Positions 33,190 to 39,458 of a stretch of 40,000 nucleotides of DNA are shown piece after piece. The stretch covers positions 162,889 through 202,888 of the forward strand of contig NZ_UYZZ01000003.1 of the NCBI RefSeq assembly GCF_900626095.1. Reading direction: 5' to 3'. The notes under the pieces are model-generated. The model made no database searches. It saw only the letters and a list, made by a program, of their open reading frames with translations, and was not told the DNA's origin. The translations under genes and the position numbers were made by a program. Position 1 is the first letter of the stretch. Every line of letters begins with the position of its first letter. This stretch comes from Clostridium rectalis (GTDB taxonomy: Bacteria > Bacillota > Clostridia > Clostridiales > Clostridiaceae).

Positions 33190-34065
33190 CTAATATCCTA
33201 AAAGTTTCTTTTCTAAATCATCGAAGTCATATTCTCGTTGTCCGCCATAGCTATTAAATCCATCTATCTTGGCACCATTTTTATTCCGTTCCTTATTATT
33301 TCTTCTCTTAAACTCTTTATCTAATGTTTTAACTTCTTCTACAGTTTTTATGTTATTTTCTAGCCAGCTATGTAAGATAGTTTTAACATAATTTATAGTT
33401 CTTACCCCGTTCTCAACTGCCTTTTCTAAAGCTAGTATTATTACTTCTTCATTTAGTCCATCTTTTTCAAAACTATTTAAAGTTTCTAGTTCAAATTTAG
33501 TTATGAGATGAAAATTATTATTAAAAAATTCAACATAACTTTTTTTAACATTATCATTACTATTATTGTTTTCTTTACTTTTCTTTACTTTACTTTCCTT
33601 TACTTTACTTTGGGGATTAATGTTGTCATTTATTCCGTTAATGTATACAATAATCAAGTTTTTGTATACATTAACTGTGTCTTGGTTTAAAAGTAAGTAT
33701 TCTTTATACATTTTTACCTTTTGCCTACGACCTACTGCTTCTAAATATCTTCTCTGCACACCCTCGGAAGTAAGAATTTTGTACGTTTTTAGCATATCAC
33801 CATTAAATAATCCCCACTTTGCACAATCATTAATGATTACATTAACTCGATTAATGTCAACATTAACCCTCTTTGAGAAGAGTAATTGTTCCTTTTCAGT
33901 CCACTCATAGAAGTAACTGTTCTTATAAATCTTCATTAACAGTTTAACTACTATGGCAAAACCAACTATGCCATGTTGTGCTTCTATAAGTGCTACTTTA
34001 TCATCTTGGTCCATGTCTACATCAAGTGGAAAATAATCTAGTCCGTTCTTTTGTGGTCTTGCCAA
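33190..34065 (-). CDS. Replication initiator, DUF4373-type N-domain plus DnaD/DnaB_2-like C-domain
   Basis: The N-terminus MARPQKNGLDYFPLDVDMDQDDKVALIEAQHGIVGFAIVVKLLMKIY is the Lin1244/DUF4373 pattern. The C-terminus INYVKTILHSWLENNIKTVEEV is DnaD-like. Confidence 0.75.
   Translation of the reverse strand: MARPQKNGLDYFPLDVDMDQDDKVALIEAQHGIVGFAIVVKLLMKIYKNSYFYEWTEKEQLLFSKRVNVDINRVNVIINDCAKWGLFNGDMLKTYKILTSEGVQRRYLEAVGRRQKVKMYKEYLLLNQDTVNVYKNLIIVYINGINDNINPQSKVKESKVKKSKENNNSNDNVKKSYVEFFNNNFHLITKFELETLNSFEKDGLNEEVIILALEKAVENGVRTINYVKTILHSWLENNIKTVEEVKTLDKEFKRRNNKERNKNGAKIDGFNSYGGQREYDFDDLEKKLLGY
33569..33611. repeat. Iteron-like tandem repeat inside the initiator gene linker
   Basis: Minus strand: AAAGTAAAGTAAAGG AAAGTAAAGTAAAGA AAAGTAAAGAAAAC (about 2.7 copies of a 15-bp unit). 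It is followed by a very AT-rich stretch at about 33500..33565. Confidence 0.6.
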
Positions 34066-34077
34066 TTAATCTCCCTC

Positions 34078-34269
34078 CTAAATATCCTCTTTGTACTCCT
34101 CTATAATTAAATTAAGTAATTTATCTTTATTTTTTTGATTTATTAATGCTATTTGAATTTTTGCCATTATCTCCTGGATAATTTCATCTTTGGTTCTAAG
34201 CAGTTCTTCTTGCTTTTCTAATTTCTCTACAAAATCAGAAGAAAATGTGTGTAGTTCTTTTGATAACAT
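34078..34269 (-). CDS. Hypothetical coiled-coil protein (63 aa)
   Basis: ORF coupled to the ERF gene end. Confidence 0.45.
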   Translation of the reverse strand: MLSKELHTFSSDFVEKLEKQEELLRTKDEIIQEIMAKIQIALINQKNKDKLLNLIIEEYKEDI

Positions 34270-34270
34270 A

Positions 34271-34891
34271 TTACCCCTCCTTAGCCTTTAATTTCTCATA
34301 TCCGTTGCAAACTGTATCATATTCACTTTTGGTTAATTGCTTTATCTCTTTGTTGAATTTAATTTTTACTTGGTCTTTTACTTTATCTCTACTAATTCCA
34401 GCACTGTAGGCTATAGCATATAATCTTTTTATCTGCGCTTCACTTAACTCTATACTTGTAGTTTTTTTATTTGAGTTAGGTTTATTTTTAGTTTTCTCAC
34501 CATTGTTTGTTGTGTCACTATCTTTATTATCATCAATGGCAAACAAACCATTTAAAGCGTATTTTCTTGCGTAGGAACTAACACTTCCAGTAACTTGTGC
34601 TAGATCCATACCTTTTTTAGTTTCATCTTCTCTAGCTAGTGCACTTGTTTGTATCTTTTCTCCTTTTTCTATGTCTATAAAAGTAGCTGTGGCTTTTATA
34701 TAAAATCTATTATTTATTTCTATAACCTCGTCTGTTATAGAAACTATCGCCTTATTTTCTTTCAAAAGAGGTTTTAGGCTTTCCAATATATCTTCACAAC
34801 TCCTATAATTGTACTTTCCAAAAGAATTATATTGGCTTTTAGGTGCTTTCAAACTTGTCTGCACGTTCATAAGTTTTTCATATACATTCAT
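34271..34891 (-). CDS. ERF-family single-strand annealing recombinase
   Basis: MNVYEKLMNVQTSLKAPKSQYNSFGKYNYRSCEDILESLKPLL...VTGSVSSYARKYALNGLFAIDD is the ERF pattern. Confidence 0.8.
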   Translation of the reverse strand: MNVYEKLMNVQTSLKAPKSQYNSFGKYNYRSCEDILESLKPLLKENKAIVSITDEVIEINNRFYIKATATFIDIEKGEKIQTSALAREDETKKGMDLAQVTGSVSSYARKYALNGLFAIDDNKDSDTTNNGEKTKNKPNSNKKTTSIELSEAQIKRLYAIAYSAGISRDKVKDQVKIKFNKEIKQLTKSEYDTVCNGYEKLKAKEG

Positions 34892-34895
34892 ACTT

Positions 34896-35411
34896 TTATT
34901 CCACCTTTATGGTTATTTTCTCTTCCTCTGTTATCTCTATTCCGGGAATTATTTCTCCTGTATTTGTGTCTATACCATCTTTAAATGTCTTTTTTATTGT
35001 AGACTTGTCCAGTTCTTCCTTAAGTCTTATAAGGTCGTCATATCCGTTTTTAGCCGCCCACTCTATTACTTCTTTGTCGTTGTAACTCCATTTCTTAGAC
35101 TTTCTACTGCTTATCTTTCCGTAAGGTGTATTTACCTTTGCTTTTGGATTTTCTTCTTTTAGTTTTCTGTAATATTCAGTCAATATAGTTTCAAAATAAA
35201 CTATATTACTTTCTGCAAGTTCATTTTCTTTTCTTTCCCATGCATTTATTCTTTCTTTTTCTTGTTCTGCAAGGGCTTTATTTTCTCTAACCTGTTCTTG
35301 CAATGCTCTTATCTTCCTAAAGCACCAATTAGCACTATCTAAACTGTCAACTTTAAAACCTTGTACCTCTTGTAATTCATCTATTTCATTTTTTAATAAT
35401 TTATTTATCAC
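34896..35411 (-). CDS. Gam-like host-nuclease inhibitor family protein
   Basis: Coiled-coil N-terminus, then TPYGKISSRKSKKWSYNDKEVIEWAAKNGYDDLIRLKEELDKSTIKK, the Mu Gam-like layout. Adjacent to ERF. Confidence 0.65.
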   Translation of the reverse strand: MINKLLKNEIDELQEVQGFKVDSLDSANWCFRKIRALQEQVRENKALAEQEKERINAWERKENELAESNIVYFETILTEYYRKLKEENPKAKVNTPYGKISSRKSKKWSYNDKEVIEWAAKNGYDDLIRLKEELDKSTIKKTFKDGIDTNTGEIIPGIEITEEEKITIKVE

Positions 35412-35466
35412 TTTACATTCCCTCCATTTTCTTATAAAATCTATTTAGTATCTTTAAAAATATTTT

Positions 35467-35652
35467 TCATTTGAGCTGTTGGCGCAGCTCTTTTTCTTTT
35501 TCTAATTTTAGATACAATTTTTTAAGTTGTTCTAAGGTTAAATCTTCCAAGTCGAATACTGCTTGTCCAGTTTCTACATTATAGATTTTGCTACCATCTA
35601 AATTATATTTATTAGGAAAATTAAAGTTGGTATTAAAAGTGCTAATTCCCAT
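35467..35652 (-). CDS. Hypothetical protein (61 aa)
   Basis: AGGAGG 8 nt upstream of the ATG. Hydrophilic, with a helical C-terminus. Confidence 0.45.
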   Translation of the reverse strand: MGISTFNTNFNFPNKYNLDGSKIYNVETGQAVFDLEDLTLEQLKKLYLKLEKEKELRQQLK

Positions 35653-35756
35653 CCTTCCGCCTCCTCTCTAGCTACTTTTCTTACGCTAAACATTACTAAA
35701 ACTGTTACTGCAACTAGACTATATATACTTAGCACAAACCTGCCTGTTGCGGTCAC
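35598..35756 (-). CDS. Possible small hydrophobic peptide (52 aa) overlapping the next ORF out of frame
   Basis: GTG 35756, 7 nt after GGAGG. Sequence VTATGRFVLSIYSLVAVTVLVMFSVRKVAREEAEGWELALLIPTLIFLINII, with two hydrophobic segments. It overlaps 35467..35652 by 55 nt. Confidence 0.3.
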   Translation of the reverse strand: MTATGRFVLSIYSLVAVTVLVMFSVRKVAREEAEGWELALLIPTLIFLINII

Positions 35757-35775
35757 ATTATCACCTCCTATATCT

Positions 35776-35804
35776 TTTACTGCTTGTCCCCTTTGTGGTA
35801 AAAT
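35776..35804 (+). promoter_or_regulatory. Promoter for the reverse-oriented membrane protein gene
   Basis: TTTACT, a 17-nt spacer, then TGgTAAAAT (extended -10). About 25 nt upstream of ATG 35830. Confidence 0.45.
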
Positions 35805-35829
35805 CTTCTTAAGAAAGGGATGTGGAATA

Positions 35830-36489
35830 ATGTCAACTATTTATGATGTCTTAAAAATACAGAAAAATATTGCTAGTCAATTTTCTAAACTAAAAATACC
35901 CGATTCTGTATTCAATAATGCTACGTTACAAAATCTTGCTAAAGTACAATCACAATTTAATATGTGCTATGGGTTAGGTAGAAATTTTGCTGAACTTTTA
36001 GCTAAGCACCAAGAAACTTTAAATAGTTTCTCCCAACAATTTTCTAATAGCACTTTTTCTGAAACACTTACTACTACTTTTTCACAAAACATGAATCGTA
36101 TTTTCAATCAACTTCCTAACATATATAAAAGGCTTGATTTAGACCTAAATATACCTGAAATTAATACTAATGAATTAATAGAATCAATAAATGATCTCTC
36201 CCATCACATACAATATGTTATTGATGAACCTACCGATATAGATTTATCATATACTGCGGTTATGCCAGCTGATGTAGAATCAAGTAAAACATTTGATTGG
36301 AAATTTTTAATTATGTTTATAATAAGCTTGCTTAGTCTCTTTATCCAAATATCAAATACAATTGATGCAAATAATCAATCAAAGGAAAATGCTGAAATTC
36401 AGGCTAAAAATATTGAAACCCAAACTAAAATTGTTAATATACTTGAACAAATAAATGATTGCTTAAATGATATAGAAAAGACTCCTTAA
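35830..36489 (+). CDS. Membrane-anchored hypothetical protein (219 aa), orientation opposite to the early operon
   Basis: Soluble N-domain of about 155 aa, one TM segment (FLIMFIISLLSLFIQI), and a C-terminal coiled coil. It is on the same strand as the repressor and integrase. No family recognised. Confidence 0.7.
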   Translation: MSTIYDVLKIQKNIASQFSKLKIPDSVFNNATLQNLAKVQSQFNMCYGLGRNFAELLAKHQETLNSFSQQFSNSTFSETLTTTFSQNMNRIFNQLPNIYKRLDLDLNIPEINTNELIESINDLSHHIQYVIDEPTDIDLSYTAVMPADVESSKTFDWKFLIMFIISLLSLFIQISNTIDANNQSKENAEIQAKNIETQTKIVNILEQINDCLNDIEKTP

Positions 36490-36491
36490 TA

Positions 36492-36710
36492 TTATTCAGA
36501 TATATAAGTTTCTATTTCTAAAAGTATTTTTTCACCTTTCTGTAAAAATACTTTTTCTTTTTTTATTAATTGATTGTAATGATATATGCTGATACCATTA
36601 ACAATCGAAGTAATTATTGTTATTGTAACTAGTGCAGCTGTGAGCTTTTTTACTTTTTTAAGCTTATTCTGCACTAGTTGTGTTATAAATTCTTTTTCCA
36701 TGATTCTCAC
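36492..36710 (-). CDS. Small membrane protein (72 aa)
   Basis: TM segment LTAALVTITIITSIVNGISIY. Convergent with 35830..36489. Confidence 0.5.
   Translation of the reverse strand: MRIMEKEFITQLVQNKLKKVKKLTAALVTITIITSIVNGISIYHYNQLIKKEKVFLQKGEKILLEIETYISE
36520..36564 (+). terminator. AT-rich hairpin plus T-run downstream of the reverse-oriented gene
   Basis: AAAAGTATTTTT-(12 nt)-AAAAATACTTTT (perfect 12 bp), then TCTTTTTTT. It lies inside the 3' part of the convergent 72-aa ORF. Confidence 0.35.
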
Positions 36711-36713
36711 CTC

Positions 36714-37523
36714 CTATGCAATCTTATATTTAATAGCTGTTTCTTTAACTATAGCTGTGTAAATCTCTATAAGTTTCTTATCATCTGCAATTACATCCAG
36801 AAAGTTAAGTTCACCAATCTTACTCTTAGCAGTTCCATTCAGAGCCAATCTAGCCCTCATGTTCTCTAACCTTCTTTTTAAATCTACTCTAGCTCTTTCA
36901 TTTAAAGCCTTATATACTTGCTCTTTTGGCTTAGAGTAATCTTTGGCTTTAAAACATATTTTAGTCATTAATCTATTAGTTTCATTCCTCCAACTTTGTG
37001 ATGGTCTTATCTCTACTACATCCCTTATAGCTTGTACCTCTTCTTTAGTTTCTTGCACTGCTACATTTAATTTCTTTTGTTCCAGTTCTGTAGTTGCTAT
37101 TGCTTTAAATAAACTATTAAACATTTGCAATTCTGGACTAAGCTGATTTACTTCTACCTTTTTCTCCTTAACTCTAAAGTAATTTTCCTCTAAGTTGTCG
37201 AACTGCTCCCATGCTTTATCAGTATCTAATATTTTGCAATGTCTATTTGCTCCTCTTTCTGTCCAGAGATATAAACTTGAAGCCCTTTTCCCAACTAGGT
37301 CAATATCATTGACTTGGTTCTTGAATCCCCTTAATTCCTCGCCTTGTAAAAAATAATAATGTTTACCTTTTATGAAATTGCCTTTGTGATTTTAAAAATT
37401 AGCTTGAATATTATTTATATCAGTTTCATATATTTCAGCTAGTTGCTCTGTTGTTAAAACTCTTTTTCCGCCTATTTCTGTTATAGGTTGTCCATTTTCT
37501 ATGTTTAAAATTACTTTATCCAT
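36714..37523 (-). pseudogene. ORF6N/ORF6C-type antirepressor gene interrupted by an in-frame TAA
   Basis: ATG 37523 (GGAGG RBS) gives MDKVILNIENGQPITEIGGKRVLTTEQLAEIYETDINNIQANF, then TAA (37394..37392). The same frame continues NHKGNFIKGKHYYFLQGEELRGFKNQ...ASSLYLWTERGANRHCKILDTDKAWEQFDNLEENYF into track ORF 36714..37130. Confidence 0.75.
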
Positions 37524-37558
37524 GCTTTTACCTCCTAATAATTTTTTATATTCTCCAC

Positions 37559-38350
37559 CTACATAATCCCCTTAAATTTATTTATAAAATATACCTGACC
37601 TTTACCAGTTATCTTAGGCGTCTTAGATATACTTATATGTCCATCTGAATGTGTTATTGAAGTTTCTTTAACCTCAAATAATTTAAGTTCCATAGATTTT
37701 TGCGTAGGCATATTGTAGTCCATACCCTTTCTCTTTATTAAATAGCCTTTATTTCTTAGCCATATGAATAATCTTTTAGCACCCATGTCTATGCCATTTT
37801 GTTTTATAATCTTTGCTAAATCTCCAACTAAGATTGAAGTTTTAGATGCTTGTACACTATCTGCAAAAATAACTTTTGGCTTCTGTTCTTCTAGTTGTTT
37901 CTTTTGCTGTGTATTTTGTTGCTGTAATAGTTTCTTTTCTTCTTTCTCCTTCTTAAGTTCTGTAGCTACTTGTATTAACAAGTCTGGATTGTCTAGTAAT
38001 TCATCCTTGGCATACATACCGTGCTTTCTTATAGATGGAAGCACTTCATCAGTTACCCAATTGGTAAATTTCTCCGCACTAGGCTTGTTGCTTCTAAATA
38101 TTAACTTATAAACTCCACTTTCCGTAAGGAAGTTTTCGCCTGCATTATTCAATTTTCGGATGTTACTTTCTTTCACATCTAAATTTTTTAATTTAATAAC
38201 TTGCTTGTTGCTCATATTTGATACTGCTTTTCTAACTGCGCTTTCAGTTAGTCCTAAACATTCCCCAACATTATATGGGTTAAATAATGCTTGTCCTTTA
38301 AATTCCAAAACTTCAACTTGTTTATCTTCAAACCTCATAATATTGTTCAT
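37559..38350 (-). CDS. Antirepressor, Bro-N domain plus KilAC domain
   Basis: N-terminus FEDKQVEVLEFKGQALFNPYNVGECLGL...GENFLTESGVYKLIFRSNKPSAEKFTNWVTDEVLPSIRKHG (Bro-N). C-terminus ILVGDLAKIIKQNGIDMGAKRLFIWLRNKGYL (KilAC). Confidence 0.85.
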   Translation of the reverse strand: MNNIMRFEDKQVEVLEFKGQALFNPYNVGECLGLTESAVRKAVSNMSNKQVIKLKNLDVKESNIRKLNNAGENFLTESGVYKLIFRSNKPSAEKFTNWVTDEVLPSIRKHGMYAKDELLDNPDLLIQVATELKKEKEEKKLLQQQNTQQKKQLEEQKPKVIFADSVQASKTSILVGDLAKIIKQNGIDMGAKRLFIWLRNKGYLIKRKGMDYNMPTQKSMELKLFEVKETSITHSDGHISISKTPKITGKGQVYFINKFKGIM

Positions 38351-38363
38351 TATCTCCCCACCT

Positions 38364-38642
38364 TCAAATAGATATTTTTTCTTTACTTACTTTATCTAGC
38401 CATTCATCTAAAAGTTCTTTATTAACCAAAAACTTCTTACCTACTTTAAAAGCAGGGAAATCATTTTTAGCATGTGCTAACTGCAATAACTTATCCCTTC
38501 CTATTCCACTATACTTGCAACATTCCTCTATGGTTAGAGTAGCTTTTTCAACAGCTTTAGCTTCTTCAATAGCTTCCTTTATTATTTCTTTTAATTGCTT
38601 ATTGCTTAAAGATTTAGTTACTTCCATTATCTTTGCTTTCAT
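38364..38642 (-). CDS. Excisionase-family / MerR-like HTH protein
   Basis: LTIEECCKYSGIGRDKLLQLAHAKNDFPAFKVGKKFLVNKELLDEWL. I place the start at ATG 38642 after AGGAGGG rather than the track start at 38666. Confidence 0.65.
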   Translation of the reverse strand: MKAKIMEVTKSLSNKQLKEIIKEAIEEAKAVEKATLTIEECCKYSGIGRDKLLQLAHAKNDFPAFKVGKKFLVNKELLDEWLDKVSKEKISI

Positions 38643-38856
38643 CAATATCCCTCCTATTTTTAACATTGCATATAACAGCTTCCCCTAGTTCTTGTTCACT
38701 GCATTTATAAACAAATAACATTTTTGATAAAATTTTATTTGTAGGAACTCTCCCTTTGTTTTCATAGCGACATACAGATTGATAATTAATACCTAGTTTT
38801 TCAGCTGCTTGTCTAATGCTTAAATTCTGTCTTTTCCTTAATGCTTTAAAATTCAT
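38614..38856 (-). CDS. Cro-like XRE-family HTH regulator
   Basis: LRKRQNLSIRQAAEKLGINYQSVCRYENKGRVP. Divergent from the repressor across the operator region. Confidence 0.8.
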   Translation of the reverse strand: MNFKALRKRQNLSIRQAAEKLGINYQSVCRYENKGRVPTNKILSKMLFVYKCSEQELGEAVICNVKNRRDIDESKDNGSN

Positions 38857-38880
38857 TTTTCTTGCCTCCCTTCGCTTTAA

Positions 38881-38909
38881 ATTCTATCCCCATTTTGGAG
38901 ACAACGCAA
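38881..38909 (-). promoter_or_regulatory. Early (cro-side) promoter with an operator in the spacer
   Basis: Minus strand: TTGCGT, a 17-nt spacer containing O1, then TAGAAT. The GGGAGG RBS and ATG 38856 lie downstream. Confidence 0.6.
38887..38901. promoter_or_regulatory. Operator O1 (15-bp palindrome, one mismatch)
   Basis: TCCCCATTTTGGAGA versus the consensus TCTCCA-N3-TGGAGA. Confidence 0.65.
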
Positions 38910-38978
38910 ATCTGTCTAGCTATGATTTACGGCGAATAAATGAGAATATTTAAGTAAATCTTTGTTTTTCTCCATTCG

Positions 38979-38993
38979 TCTCCATTTTGGAGA
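38979..38993. promoter_or_regulatory. Operator O2 (perfect 15-bp palindrome)
   Basis: TCTCCATTTTGGAGA. An extra half-site TCTCCA lies immediately upstream (38970..38975). Confidence 0.65.
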
Positions 38994-39004
38994 TAAGATT
39001 AAGT

Positions 39005-39033
39005 TTGCTTATAGTCTCCAAAATGGATATAAT
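39005..39033 (+). promoter_or_regulatory. Repressor (cI-side) promoter with an operator in the spacer
   Basis: TTGCTT, a 17-nt spacer containing O3, then TATAAT. The GGAGGG RBS and ATG 39065 lie downstream. Confidence 0.6.
39015..39029. promoter_or_regulatory. Operator O3 (15-bp palindrome, one mismatch)
   Basis: TCTCCAAAATGGATA. Confidence 0.6.
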
Positions 39034-39064
39034 ATAATTATGCTAAACGGAAGGAGGGTTGACT

Positions 39065-39397
39065 ATGGAGCAACATGAAATACTACTAAAGTTAAGAACT
39101 GATTCAAATCTTACTTTAGATGAATTAGCTAAAAAAACAGGCATAAGCAAAAATATGCTTTGGCATTTAGAAAAAGGTAATAGAACCGGGACTATAGACA
39201 CGTTAAAAAAATTGTCCCAGTTCTATGGAGTTTCTCTAGATTATATTACAAACAACTCAAATAGAATGTTTTTAGTAGATGATTTTATTAAAAAATTGGT
39301 TGATGATAAGGTTATAAATGATGCTAATAATATTCCTGAGGAAGTAGAAGAAGAAATTCTAAATCTAATAAAATTAAAAATTAAAAAGCTTACTTAA
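39065..39397 (+). CDS. cI-like XRE-family repressor, short form without a peptidase S24 domain
   Basis: LRTDSNLTLDELAKKTGISKNMLWHLEKGNRTGTIDTLKKLSQFYGVSLDYI. ATG 39065 is 6 nt after GGAGGG. Only 110 aa. Confidence 0.8.
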   Translation: MEQHEILLKLRTDSNLTLDELAKKTGISKNMLWHLEKGNRTGTIDTLKKLSQFYGVSLDYITNNSNRMFLVDDFIKKLVDDKVINDANNIPEEVEEEILNLIKLKIKKLT

Positions 39398-39404
39398 AAA
39401 GCAA

Positions 39405-39434
39405 AGCATACATTCTGATAAAAGAATGTATGCT
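39405..39434. other. Perfect 12-bp hairpin between the repressor and integrase genes
   Basis: AGCATACATTCT-gataaa-AGAATGTATGCT. No T-run follows on the plus strand; the T-rich flank is on the minus-strand side. Confidence 0.5.
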
Positions 39435-39458
39435 AAAACAATAATGAAGGTGATTGGA

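Noticed and set aside
33569-33611. Tandem 15-bp repeats considered as a CRISPR array or minisatellite.
   Set aside because: There are no spacers, only about 2.7 units, and they are in frame inside a coding linker. I kept them only as possible iterons.
32294-37394. Two in-frame stop codons (TAG at 32294..32296 and TAA at 37392..37394) as evidence for stop-codon reassignment.
   Set aside because: TAA, TAG and TGA all terminate many well-supported genes in this window at the expected positions. The two events use different codons and each occurs once. Point mutations or sequencing errors are more parsimonious.
6781-38399. All other plus-strand track ORFs inside minus-strand genes, for example 6781, 7218, 8715, 12596, 13541, 15466, 21835, 24903, 25227, 26683, 27838, 28252, 29393, 30696, 31201, 31501, 31701, 33015, 33508, 33566, 34809, 36678, 36943, 37764 and 38160.
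   Set aside because: They show the same antisense signature (hydrophobic F/L/S/I-rich, no SD sequence) and overlap genes with recognisable phage motifs on the other strand. Only 14527..14712, 35830..36489, 39065..39397 and the integrase were kept as plus-strand genes.
38643-38666. Track start (MLKIGGIL...) for the xis-like HTH gene.
   Set aside because: An internal ATG at 38642 follows a strong AGGAGGG RBS and shortens the overlap with the cro-like gene. The upstream alternative start has no SD.
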